Under the pieces are notes generated by a model, which worked only from the letters and a program-made list of their open reading frames with translations, searched no databases and was not told the DNA's origin. A stretch of DNA of 64,000 nt, taken from contig CP075495.1 in assembly GCA_021613535.1 (NCBI GenBank), forward strand, positions 14,322,001 to 14,386,000, in the 5' to 3' direction. The position numbers and the translations under genes were made by a program. Position 1 is the stretch's first letter; each line of letters starts with the position of its first letter. This document shows, one piece after another, positions 14,635-29,218 of this stretch. This DNA comes from Adineta vaga (taxonomy: Eukaryota; Animalia; Rotifera).

Positions 14635-15881
14635 TATGATTGAAGATGAAAATTTTAATATTTCAACTACCTTCTTGAAAGTTAAGAAATCAGTAATAAG
14701 TTTCTTTTTCTATTCTCTCTTTTCTCGTAAAGAATTTTATTTCCTTATCCCACGCTTTCTTCTGGCCAGAATATTACGGAAAATACATAGTTAATGAAAG
14801 TAAGCGAGTAATGATTGGAAAAAAAAATACCTCAAAGAAAATCAATGTCACGATGGTAGTCGTTTGAAGTCTATTATAAAATTGAACGATATGAAACAAT
14901 TAATAATTTTACGATCGAGAGTATGCTATACAGACAGACAGTTAAATAAAGTGGAAAAACGAGTACGTGAAAGGAAAGAAAATTGAACGTTGTTACTCTT
15001 TAATACACATTCTTCGCTTTCCGTTATTCTTTTTATTTTTCTTTTAATGAGAATTATTCTGTCGTATATTTCTCGTTCTTTCTCTAGTAAGGACAATGAC
15101 GTTTATAACCAATAACAGCAACTGGTGATCGAAGAGAAAAATCGATATTTATATGCACATGTATGTGTTTGCATTAGAGAAAAATCTTATGAAAAAAAAA
15201 CAATATAAAAGAAATTTAGTTAATCTCGGCAAGTAAAAAAGAAACAAATAAGTTTAAAGAGTTTCTGATTATATTCATTATAGTTATTATGAGTCTTCTC
15301 ATGTAAATTTTTGTCAGCGAAACGAAGTCTTGAGAAAAAATTTCTCAGTCTATAATACAATAGAATTACTCTCGTCATCGACGAAGAAGTTTTTCTTGTA
15401 CATATTCGAATAGTAATACTTGAAAAATATATGATTTATTGTTTATAAAATATGATTGATGATATGACTATTTGAATCAGTAATGAAATCCATGAGATCG
15501 ATTTTTTTATAGATGTCTCTATTTTAGTGAATAGATCATACATGTAGAACTCGAGAGTTGTCATTCAAGTTCGTCCGAAGATGAAAGGACAGAAGTACTG
15601 CGAGAGAGAATAGGTGACGAGAACTTCGATCAGTCAACTAGAATATTTGCATATTTGAGTTTAACACTACTGAGAAAGACAAGGATCAATAGTAGTTCAT
15701 TCAACTTTTGTATAATGATAAAAGATACTGATTTAATAAAGCAAATGCATTCATAAAAACGTCAATGTGCTCATATGAAAACAAAATATCACTTGATATT
15801 GATAATACCTGCTTACAATAGCATCAAAACTTATATAAACCTTATTACATGAGTCAATAACTGTTAGTTCGTTCAAATTTT

Positions 15882-16380
15882 CAAGGATAATGATATTTAT
15901 ATGACATTTTTACCCTTAACTGATATTCTTGAACTCTATTGTGTTTTGTTTATTCGAATATTTTAGTTTTACTTTTTCAAAATAGAGATTCTTGTATTCT
16001 TTACGGATATTAAATGTGATTATTCATCACCTCAAACATTAACTAATCAATCAACAGTTGTAAAACGTGGTCAAAAACGTGATTGACAAGTTTTTCGTCC
16101 ACATCTAATGACTTGTATACCTAAAAGTTATTGGCAAAACTTTCCAATCATCTCTTCTTTTTCATTTTGTCCAAATATAGAACAAATGTCGATAAGTTTT
16201 CAAATTGAAATCTTTCTCGTTTTCTTTTATTGAATTAGTTTTTAAAGATGTCCAAGAAGGTTGTAGAAAAGGTGAAATTGAAAGATTTGAAACTGTACAA
16301 ATTATTAAAATCGTTAAAGAAGCATGAATATCTGAAATTGGTCTTGTTACTCATACATTGAAATTAAAACTACGCGTGTC
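15882..16380 (+). pseudogene. Degraded long-chain acyl-CoA synthetase (ACSL3/4-like) fragments
   Basis: Manual translation: DIYMTFLPLTDILELYC [intron ~15943-15985] EILVFFTDIKCDYSSPQTLTNQSTVVKRGQKRD*QVFRPHLMTCIP, then GEIERFETVQIIKIVKEA*ISEIGLVTHTLKLKLR. These resemble ACSL3/4 motifs [44 protein letters not shown] and LERFEIP.K..L..EPWTPETGLVTDAFKLKR. In-frame stops and a large internal deletion. Confidence 0.8.
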
Positions 16381-17396
16381 TTTACCTAAGAGTTAATGCA
16401 CCAATAAGAAATGACGTTGTGGCACTATAATGTTGGCGAAGTGCATAAATACAACACACTCTTACAAAATGAAATGTCGCTTTTTGGTTTCTAAGCAAAC
16501 TTAAGAAATCACTATTGAATAGAGTCAAATGATGATTTTTTTGCTCGAAAACGCGAGTTAATCGGTGTGAAATTTGTTTCAAACTCGTTGAATTCGGTAT
16601 AAAAAATTAGAATTTTACAGAATCTTCCGAAAAATAATTTCTTTTTTTTTGATTGGAGCTTTACATATGCATTACGGTTTTGACAAAACAAGTTCTTTAA
16701 TTCAACGTTATATCAAATTTTATAGTAGAGACAAGTCCTAACACCGTATATTAACCACAATCGCTCTCGTAAGAGATGCACATTATATTTTGTATTAAAA
16801 ATCCTTAATCTATTGTACAAGATTCAATTCAAAACAAAAACTATAACTAACCAATAGAATTATCAGAAATTCTGTCATTTGTCAATAATTTCTATTATTG
16901 TTCAAGTATCCCCTATAACTTATTCTTTATTAATTTTTTAAACGTGTAAAAATGCCTTTAATTTACAATGTACTATATGAGGTGTCGATCAACTATATAT
17001 TTTACCATAATAACCAAAAGAAGAAAAAAAAAGAACATTTTCTTTTCTTTCCAGTTTTAGATCAATAAGAAAATTACATTGAAAAAAAGAATGTTTACCG
17101 AAATGAAACATGCCAAAACAATACTATGAATAATAATCGCATTATTCAAGTGAGTCATTGATTTTTCTTTTCGAAAATAAATAAGATAGTCTATTTCGTT
17201 CTTTTATTTTTATCAGCTGATAACAAACCGAGTGTAAAAGAAACTTCTTTACTATCAAAACGAAGTTTTTCTCTAAACTTTATATGGATATATGTTAAAT
17301 ATAGTCAAATCAATTTGCTGTAAATAAAAAGATTATTTTTATTCATTGAATATGTTTTAGTGGTTGTGTGTCCGGTGATTCATTCCTTCGTTTTCT

Positions 17397-18594
<1,198 letters not shown>

Positions 18595-20577
18595 TAACGA
18601 ACTTTTTCGAGACAAAAACAAACCGGTATTTTAGACTCTTGTATATTTTATTGCGTTTTTCTATTGAGAGAATTCTGGTGCTTGTGTTCAAGATGAGATC
18701 ATCTCGCTTTTCTGTCTCTTATATTCGGCTTATATATATCTTTATTTTAATCATTATTTATAGTTTTATGTATCGTTATGTTTGATTGTGCATATATATA
18801 AAGCAAGTTTTTCAACGGTAGTCAGTGAATGATATGAACGGTTTTGTACATAAAGTGACAGAGCGAATGATATAGATTCTTATTTTAATTTTCTTTTCAT
18901 AGAAATAAATAATTATTGATAGAAACATTTTCTAACAAAAGATTCTATTCTTTAATCTCTTCAATGATTTTTCTATTTCACATCGATATGATTAACCAAC
19001 ATTAATTAGAAATAAATGCGGATACTTCGGATTTTATCTGAGAGTTATGTGTACTGCAAAAAGTGTATGAGAGAGATGAATCATTCTAGAATGTCTACGC
19101 ATCGAAATTATCACGGGAAATTTTTTGATGAGCAAGATTTCTATGATAGATACACATATCAGCATTTTCATAATAGATCATCAATAACAATAGGTATGAA
19201 GGTCTGTTTATTCCCTTTCGAAAGTCCTTCATACAGCCTACGAAACCTAGCATTTGGGAAACTTCTAAACTACAAGTCATCTGAGACGTATCTAGGCAAT
19301 TTGGTGTTAAAATATAGTTTTTGCGCATTTTGAGACCTTTTTCAAGCATTTTTCATTAGGAAACTACGATTTGACTCAAAACCAATATCAGATTCGGAAT
19401 CGGCGTTAGAAACTGAGACAATTCTTATATGTTTTCAAAAAACTCCGTATTCCCCCTCAGGGATGGTCTAGTCAATAATGAAAACTTCTTCGATAACTCA
19501 GTCATTTCTCGAGAGATCATTCTCATTTTCGAACTCGACAGAGATATTGATGAGACAATTATGTGCACAAAGTTTCAGCTCAATCGAATGTAGTTGTGAA
19601 GAGTAATCTGATAAACGGCCAGACATACTTACCGATTTTAATACTGTACTCACCTTCTGAGTACACTAAAAAAAGGAATATTCATATGAATATTGATATT
19701 AGTAAAGGAAAATATTTATATTCAATGAATAGAAATCATTATCTAATATAAAACAGTTGTTTCTATTCTCGAGAGATAAAGATAATGAAAACATTCGATA
19801 AGTTTAGATGTCAGGTTTGATTGAAGTTATCGATTAGTTTTTATCATCAAACATTATTATAATTCAAATTTGTTTTTCCGATGTCATTATAAGGAAAACA
19901 TTCAAGTTCTGATCTGTTTACTTCTCTTTTTTAAGAACATTCATTTGATAGATAGATTTCCATCAGAAATCTTCCCAACGCTCAAAATTATGTATTCCTT
20001 CTAATAATTTTATTAGAAAGAATCTCTTCATAGTCTCAAATTACTTGTTTGTCTATTCAATAAACATTTTCATTAATCAACATTTCTTCAGATGTATTTG
20101 ATCAAATTTAAACTGACGTGTGTTTTTGTTCTATGAAAAACTAAATAATAATATTAGAAGTTGATCCACGAATTAAGTTCATTTTTTTCCTTTTGATTAA
20201 ACATGAAAATCTTTCTTTTCTTTCATGTCACTTTCAATTACTAAAAGGTCGAACAAACTAATCATACTTGTCAAATAGATAAAACCTTTGAAATGAAAAA
20301 AAAAACAATAACTTATTGAAATTTGTCATGAAAAAGAAAATTCTTCTAATCCAAAAAAAAATCATTATTTTCATTCTCATAATTCGCTATTATTGAGCGA
20401 TCGAAAAAAAAATACATGCCATGAATATCGCTGCGCAAAGAGGTTCACACGAACATGAACAAAACAAAAAAGTTTTAACATGTAAGAAAAAAAAGAACAG
20501 AATGAGGATTATATATCTAAACATGATCAAAAGAAGAAGAAGAAGAAGTACAACAATATCTGTGTTTGTTATTGTTG

Positions 20578-23500
20578 TCAAAGACGACGTAAATCTAGTT
20601 TTAATATTCTTGTAAATGTTTTCTTAAATTGTTGATTCGCTAATGCATAGCAAAATGGATTAATTGGAGAATTTAAATAGCAAAGAAAATAAAAACAATG
20701 AAACATTGGATTGTTAAAAAACCAACTGTCTTTACAAGAATCGCATAGTGAATGAATTGCTGAATAGATATGCCTAAGAAAACAAAAATTGACAAAAAGA
20801 ACTAAATGAACATTTTCTTACCATGGTGTCCAACAAACGACAAAAGCACCTAGGAAAAGAGAGAGAGAGAGAAGTCGAGAGGATATGATGGAGAAAAATG
20901 CAAAACATACCGAGAATGAATGTTATGGTTCTTAAAGCTTTTCGAGCTCGATTTTGTGATTTAGATTTTCTGTGACTTTGTGTTTTGGGATTTCGTACGA
21001 ATTCTTTTACATGTGGTTTTGCTGTTGATATTATTGTTGTTGTTATTGTTATTGTTTCTTCATTGTTAATTGGTGTAATCAATCCATTTTTATTCTCATT
21101 CATATCTTGAACTTGTTCTTGTGCGTTAGATAAATGACTTTTCATATCAATTTGTGTCATTACAGACTGATCTTTTGTTTTCGGTGATGATGGAGCAGAT
21201 GTTTCAATAATAATACTTTCAAATGTAACTTTTGATGATGCACGAGCATTTGAAGAAGATGGATCATCATGTGAACCATAACCCGATGTATCATTATCAC
21301 GTGTTATCGTATCAGTTAATGAATGACATTTGATTCCACGTTCAATAATTTTGCTTCTTAATGAACAAATATCAGGATTTTCATTGGATTGAACTTCTAA
21401 TTCATCAGTTAATGTTGTTGCATTGATTTTATTAAATGCACGTAAAACATCTGGTGTGATTGAATCACGTGATTTATCTTTATTATTATCACTATCACGT
21501 CTATTATAAAAAAAAGATTTTCTATTATGTTTCTTTAAAATTCAAAAATTTTAAACATTAATCTTACCCTCCGTATTGTGTACTATTTGTTAGTGATGTT
21601 GTTGTTGTTATGCCATCGGAATCCGATGATGTATTTCGTTTTTTTTCTGTGGCAGAAAGAAGATGTTGTGGTGAACCTAATAATAATAATGGTATTTGAG
21701 GATTTTGACACGATGACGATGTTGTAGTTGATGATGAACTACACCAACTAGTTTGTGACATTGGTTGTTTAAAAGATGATGTAGATGAATCATATTGAAA
21801 GATTTTATCAACAGAAAAATCTTGACTATAAGTATTTAAACTGAAACTATTTGTTGTGGTTCGTTCATCACTTGTTGTATCCATTATGAAATTTTGTTGT
21901 GTTTTATTTAATATCATTGCTTTCATGAAATTATTATTTCGATTGGATTGAGTGAGAATATCGACTTGAATGTGATGGTTTTGTTCGAATTGATGAATCA
22001 TCCATACTGGATTCATCATCAATAAATGCTGATGAATGTTGTTCATTAAGACGAAGTAATGATGAAGCTTCGTCACATATTTCATTGTAATTTGATAAAG
22101 ATATTTCTAAATCATCACTAGCATTACTATCATTATCATGAAGTAAACAATCATCTACATCATTGATTTGACTACATTGATAAAAATCAATCAATGCTTT
22201 TTCAACATCAGCATTTTGAATTGACGAGGAATTTCGTACTTGTTGTTGTTGAGATAAAGATGATGGAGATGGTGATATTGTTGTTTTTGCTTTGGATACA
22301 AATATAATTGATGATGTTGTATGAGAATTATTCGATGAATTTGTAAATGTTGATAATGAAACAGGTTTTGATATTGTTTTTAATAAAGTTTCACATGAAA
22401 CATTACGTAAACTACAATGACGTATTGGAGATGAGTCCGATGTTTGACATGGATATGTTATTAATTCTACACTATCGTACATCGGTGATTCTAAAAGAAC
22501 TTTATGAGCATCTCGATGATTACCATAGATTTCATAAATTTTTCGATCAATTCCATCATCATTTGTTGTACTATTGAGTGAAATAATTGATTTTTTCGAA
22601 CGATGTTTATGTTTAAGATAAAATGGTGATTTATAAACAATTGTTTCTTCATGAATAGGTTCATTTGAATCTGCTGGTGGAACACGACGACGATGTAGAA
22701 TATAACCTTAATAAAAACAAACAAAGGTTATTCTAATTAATATTTTTTTGTTCTATAAAAGTACAATAAAATGAATATCTTATCGTTTAAATAAAACTCA
22801 TAAAGAAATATTTAGTTCTTTTCTTTTCTATTCAATAAATCATTTACCTAGATCTTCGAAATCAGTTTCATCAATATACGGTATATTTTCATCTGGATTC
22901 GTATTGTTAGAAACTACACACCAATTCTCATCGATTGAATCATTCTTATTCGTTATCATTGTATGAATTGGTGATGATAGTTTTTCTTGTGGTGAATCTT
23001 TCATTGATATATCGATTAAATTTTGTTGTTCTTCTTCGACTATTGGTGAAATTTGATTAATTGATGAACATGAATTTGTCAATGATTGAGCTAGATTATC
23101 ATTTGAAGGATTATCTGTATTATTCGATGATATTGAAGGATGTTCGATAGTCGTTGGTTGATTAGTATTTAGTGATGATGATGATGGTGGATCATTTTTT
23201 TTGGCTGCTACTAAGAGAGGTGATTGACGAGCTTTGAGTCTTTCATGAAATAATTCATCGGACATAATTGCTAATGATTCAGGTCGTGGTTGTGGAGGAG
23301 GATAAACTCGACATGCAGCAAGTTCGGGTTCGGATGGAATCGATGCTAATCGATTGGATGATTGTTGCTGATTTGAAATAAGATGTGGTGTTGTTTTATT
23401 TGGTATTGAATTACTTCCTTTGGGTTTTGATGCCGATGTAAATCCACTTAATCGAATGGGAGCTTTGTAAAGTGATTGAGCCATTGATGTCGCAAAAAAT

Positions 23501-25120
23501 TTCACATTGGAACCATGTTTTTGATTTGTTTGTCCACGAGTTGGACGATTCGATCGATTGATATGTGTAGTTGTTGATGAAACATTTAAAGGATTTGTTG
23601 AACTACTACCCCAATTTACACTCATACCACGACGACTTTTTTCTCGAGAAGTTTTTTCATTTGTATTTATCGGTGAAAGAGATTTCTTCTCTGTTGGCTT
23701 ATTAAAATCATAATCTGAATGAGATTCAAATGAATTCGAATTATCATCATCACCCACACCAACACGTCGTTGATCTGATGAATTACTACTATTTTGAGTA
23801 TTCAATACATTATGTGCAAGTAAATTTTGAGGATCTTCATCTTCACATTCATCACATGTTGTTGAATCAATCTTTTTTCGAGTGAAATTATTTTGTTTAT
23901 TAACAGCTATTTTTGCTGGAGATTTCGTTACACCAATACCAATATGTGTCATTGCATTACCTATATAAACAAATGTTAACAAATCAATCTATTGACAAAG
24001 TTTCTTAATCAATCTTACCAACAAGTGAAGACATTTTACGGGCATTTTCTCGTGATTTTCGTTCAAGATTACTAGCAACACCTAAACGAAATCGAAGTTT
24101 TCTTTTTTAGAAAAAAACAAACAAACAAATTATATTTTCCATTCATACCATATATAAAAATATAGAGAACTATCATGACAAATAATGTTGTCCAGAAATA
24201 ACCAATTGTTAAACATAAATTAAAAACTTGATTTTTATTCCATTGAACATCGCCTTAATAAACAAAATAGAAAGATTAGAAATCATAGATGAAGTCATTC
24301 AATACATACAAACACCATTTTGTAGATTTGAAATTCCTCTTAAACGTGGATATATCATTGTGGATGAAAAGAAGATCAAACAAGGAACTAGAGTAACAAA
24401 CAAAGAATCAATCAATGGAAATATGAATTTTTTTTTTTTCTTACCCGCCCATGTAATTGTAATCATAATGTTAATTTTTCTACCTGTACGCCATTTACGA
24501 TATTTAGCTGGCATTTTAACCGAACAAAATCGATCGATCGTAATGAACAGCACCGTATATATTGATGTGAGACAAACAGTATAGTCTAACGAAAGCCATA
24601 TGTCACAAATAATAGCATTCAATGGCCATTTTTCCGAATAGATGTATAGAGTAAGTAGAGGCATGGATAGAAGTCCAATAAGAAAGTCACTAACAGATAA
24701 TGAAAGTATAAAATAATTAGTCGGTTGACGAATTTGTCGATCAAGAAAAAATGCCAAAATAACGAGAATATTTCCCAGAACAGTTAACACTGATGTGACG
24801 CCGCCGAAGACAGCAATAACGATTAATAACCAAAATGGATAATATCTCGATTCGGTGATCGTAATTGCTGTTGTTAATGATGGTGATAATGATGATGATG
24901 ATGATAGTATCGATAATGTTGATAATAAGGGAGAAGAAATCGGTGATGTTTGAAATAATGGTGGACCAGGTATATGAGATATACTCCAATTTGTATTATA
25001 AGTAACGGATGAAATTGGTCGAATAAATTCCGATCGATTTCTGTTAGTTAATAGCGCATGCACAATGGCAGGGCTTTGATCATTATTAAAATGATCAGTT
25101 AAATCGGCAAAGGACGACAT
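20578..25120 (-). CDS. Muscarinic acetylcholine receptor-like class A GPCR with very long third intracellular loop
   Basis: GNILVILAF, PTNYFILSLSVSDFLIG, CDIWLSLDYTVCLTSIYTVLFITIDRFCSVKMPAKYRKWRT, TM6 NRARKALRTITFILGAFVVCWTP, TM7 CYLNSPINPFCYALANQQFKKTF. Stop at 20578. Confidence 0.9.
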
Positions 25121-27634
25121 GAAAATTCCAATGAGAAGAACAATAACAACAAATTCAAAACAAAAGTCATTTTAAGTCACCTTGTTATCATTCGTCAAAT
25201 GGTGACGATGGTAATACTTCATTACCATCTACAATATATATATATATATACATAATCGTATTAGAATAGACACAAGAGAGAAAGAGAAAAGAAGAAAAAA
25301 AAAAGGAAAACCTCATCTATATTTTTAATCTTAATATCACAAAGAAAACATCAGACAGATGAAGCAGATCAAGTTGTCTTAAAAATGCAATATTCTCTTT
25401 TGAAAGAAAATTTTTGTTTCATAGTTTCATATCACTTCTGGATATATACCAGGTTTCTTTTCTATTCGTCTTATATGAAATTTTCAATCTAATGAATGTA
25501 TTAATTATAATTTCTTTTCCTCACGCTACTGAATATTTTTGCTCTAGGTTTAAATAACACACATCGACATTAAAAGAAAATAAATAAATATTAAAGAAAG
25601 AGAAAAAAAAGAAATTTTATATTTATTCTTAGATTTCTGATTTAAAAGACGTGTATTCGTTACTCATGATCAGTTAGGCGAGAGAAAAAAGTTCAAATAA
25701 TGGATTCTGACAAAGAGGAAAACAAACGTAAGAGAGAGAAAAAAGAGAGAAAAAGGAAATCTCACCCTTCGACACTAATCTTTGTGCTCAGGCGAACTAC
25801 TAATGAGCGTTAATGTGTACATGCGCTATTCAATCAAATTACTTTCAGTTTTTTTCCGCTATTGATGGAGTTTACCTGAAATTCTAAATGAAATATCATC
25901 AAAAAAAGACACTAAACTGAGAAAATGAATAAACAATATACAAATAAATTGTTAACTCATTAATATTTCTTCACACTTGCCCTGCATTAATATTTGTGAT
26001 TCGAAAGTAATTGTTATATGTCTATTTTCCTTAACGAAGAAATAGACGAAGGAGGAGAAATATATCTCATCTATTATATTGCATAGAGAAATTACTTCTT
26101 TTTTTTCTGTCTCTCATTCCCTCTCTTAACTAATTTGTTCGTGCACCGTTACACTGTCTATGTAACTAAGAGGAGTTGTGTGTATGTAGGTTTTTCTTCA
26201 TCTATAACAGTTTGTTGTTTTGCCGTTTTTTTTCATTCTCAGGTCTGCTAGAAAAGTGGTTGTAATAGTGTTTAAGAGAAGCATTACCGATGAGAACTGT
26301 TACACCGGCACATTTCATTAGAAATATCACAGGTGAAAGAAGAAAAAGAAGAAGTGTAAAATAGTGGAAAATTAATTGTGATATTCTATGTCTTCTTAAC
26401 TCTCTGCTGATCTGTCAAAAGCTTGTATACGTCTATAGCTTCGATTGAATAAGTAAAAAAAAAAGAAAAATAGTTCATAGTCAAAAATCTTAATGATTTA
26501 CATGATTATATTTACACATAGATATCAATAGTTTTCTCCGATGTTTATTTTGGTTTACATTAATGAGAAAGTAGCATAAGTAATTTCCCTTTTTTCTTTT
26601 TTTTACCTTGTATACTTGAAAAAAAATAATATATATATTCGAAAACTGTGTCTATTCAAATAGGCGATCTCTTTTTTTTCTATGGAAAATCTTATTGAAT
26701 ATTTCATAAAGTGTAACGTTACATAGAGGATGTGAAAGAGAAGAGAGAAAAAGCTCGATCTAGATTAATAAATCGAGTTGTGAATAAAAAAAGCAACTTA
26801 GTATAACTTGTATAATGTAGTGATCGAGAATCTTCATTGACAACAAGTAATGTATGTGTCAGCTAGAATTAGTTATTGCGCCTCATAAAATTTGGAAACT
26901 AAGTAGTATAGTTGAAGGAAGAATAACTCTGAAAACTTAATTTTGTCTAAAATGCGTGGTTTAAGGCGAGAGTAAATGGAACAACTGACAAAAGCTACTA
27001 ATAACAAATAAGAACGAGAGAGAGGGATAGAGAGAGAGAGAAATGAAGAGGAGAAGCTTCACTAACGATCGTAATCAATTTGTCGATACAAAGTCAAACG
27101 AGCGCAACGATGAGAAAAAAATCGAGTCAATCTATACATAGATTTTTACACATAAGTATATTGACAGACATAAAATGGAAAGAAAGTATGAAAAAAGATA
27201 AAAAAAACAAGTTTTGATTAGAAAATCAGTTTTTTTTCTCATGAGCAAATAATAACTAAAAACAATTAGAAACAAATTTCAATGATTCTATTTCAAGCGA
27301 TTAGAAAAATCTTAGTTATAAGGTTTTTCGTTAAATCCTCTAAGATATGTTGTCGTTTCTTGTTGACAATTCTTTGAATCATTTTCTAAGACTGAAGTTT
27401 ATTGTTTTTTTGTTGTGCATTCTGTTTTGTGTCTCTTTCTTTAAGTATCTTATCTAGATTCTTGTTGAAATTGATCACATCAACAATAATAATAATAATA
27501 ATAATAACAGGAGAGAAGCAAAAAAAAATTGACATGATTATTATGCTATATTTTTTCGTTAACACTGTGGTGTATTCTATTAGAATTAGTAATTGATTTT
27601 CCGGCGAATGTCGCATTTGGATCTTGTTGTTGTT

Positions 27635-27666
<32 letters not shown>

Positions 27667-29120
27667 CTCTATCGGACAAACAAATACATCTGTATACATG
27701 ACAAATTTTTATCATTGATACATTTGATTCTGATACCAAATTTATAATCAAACACACGGATCAAATGTAGATAAGATGTGCATGTTGGCATGTAATATCA
27801 TGCTTAGAGATTTTCAAGAAATACTCATAGAAATCACATCTTTAGGGAATCTATAATAGATCGATCGATCTAATCGAAGAGACAATATGCATCAATCTTT
27901 AAAGACTAAACTGAAAAGAAAAGAGGTGTGTTCTTCTTTGATTTAGAAGAACGTATTCACTTACATTCTCTAGATTGAAAATAGATACATAATTGTCTAT
28001 TTACTAAGCTGATGATGATTATCGTATGATTGAATCATCATAATTTCAATAAAGTAGAAAGAATGCTCACTTGATCATTGCTATCGAGTTATGGATTGTT
28101 GAGTATCTGTGTGTCAAAGTTCGAAGAAAAATGAATGAAAAGGACGCCTTAATCTGTTCACTCTTATTCGACTGCTAAAAACTAATGTGAATATTTTCCC
28201 TCTTAACAGTATGTATATGTAGCTATTTTGTTCTTCTTCTTCTTCTTCTTCTTCTTCTTTTTCTGCTTGTCTTATGAAAATCTAATTCGCTAGATGAACT
28301 TAGACAATTACAATACCAGTTCTTTTCCTTTCACTCGCTAAGTTACTTTCTCTTTCTCGTTCGCTTAACATTATTCGAAAGATAGATTAGAAATCATCGT
28401 TGGTTTCTAAGCGAACAGATGAGATTCATTTTCTCAGTTCAACAGATTAGAAGCGAGAGTAAACGAGAACATACATATAGACTTGCGTCGACGCATTTAC
28501 TAAATCGAATTAGAACCGTCATTGCTATTGCTCGAGAGCATATCTCAGCTTCGCTTTCTTTTTTTCCCCCTCCTGCATATATTCGTGGAGTAAATATGTT
28601 AGATTAATAGAAGAATAACCTCAATAGTGATTGTGATCAATATCCTAAGATTGAAAGAATTGATCAAGATGATATAATCAGATGACAAAAAGATAGTATC
28701 ATTATATTATCTTATACTTAAATTTAACATTCATAGGGCATTATGTGATTATTTACAATCATAAATAATTATTTTGTATTCGCTCTTATTAGAATAAAAG
28801 ATGAGAAAAATAAAGTTTTCTATGACACACATAGAAGATCCTTTGCTAAGTTAATCCTTATAATATTCATTCTAACACATATGCAGAGTTTTTTTCCCCA
28901 TCATTATATATGCTATTTAGTAATAGGCATAAATACGTATTCATTCATGTATTCATAATCGATTTCCAATATTATTATTGACAAAACCTGTGTATGGCAT
29001 TTTTATAACATCATATAGACTTATTCAATAAATTCGGTGCACTTATAACTATGTATTTGTCCTCTTTCTCTCTCTCTCCGTTTTACTCCAGAGTACAGAT
29101 AGATAGATAGATAGATAGAT

Positions 29121-29218
29121 GAGTGAATGTCAGACGATTTGCTCATTCACGCCGTTGTTGATAAGATTGAGTGAATGTCAGACGATTTGCTCATTCACAC
29201 TGTTGTTGATAAGATTGA
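29121..29218. repeat. 48-bp tandem duplication directly after a (GATA)n microsatellite
   Basis: GAGTGAATGTCAGACGATTTGCTCATTCAC(G/A)C(C/T)GTTGTTGATAAGATT at 29121 and 29169; each unit holds a GTGAATG/CATTCAC inverted pair. Confidence 0.85.

Noticed and set aside
16381-16800. Possible transposon remnant truncating the ACSL pseudogene
   Set aside because: Composition is suggestive, but no matching inverted ends or TSD could be found.
19016-19751. Short ORFs between AMMECR1 and the GPCR
   Set aside because: No recognisable motifs; part of the region looks like an old repeat remnant but I could not define termini.
21920-21965. Apparent frame break in the receptor loop suggesting a split or pseudogenised GPCR
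   Set aside because: A 46-nt GT...AG intron (21965-21920, minus strand) restores the frame; a weak intron is the simpler explanation, pending RNA-seq.
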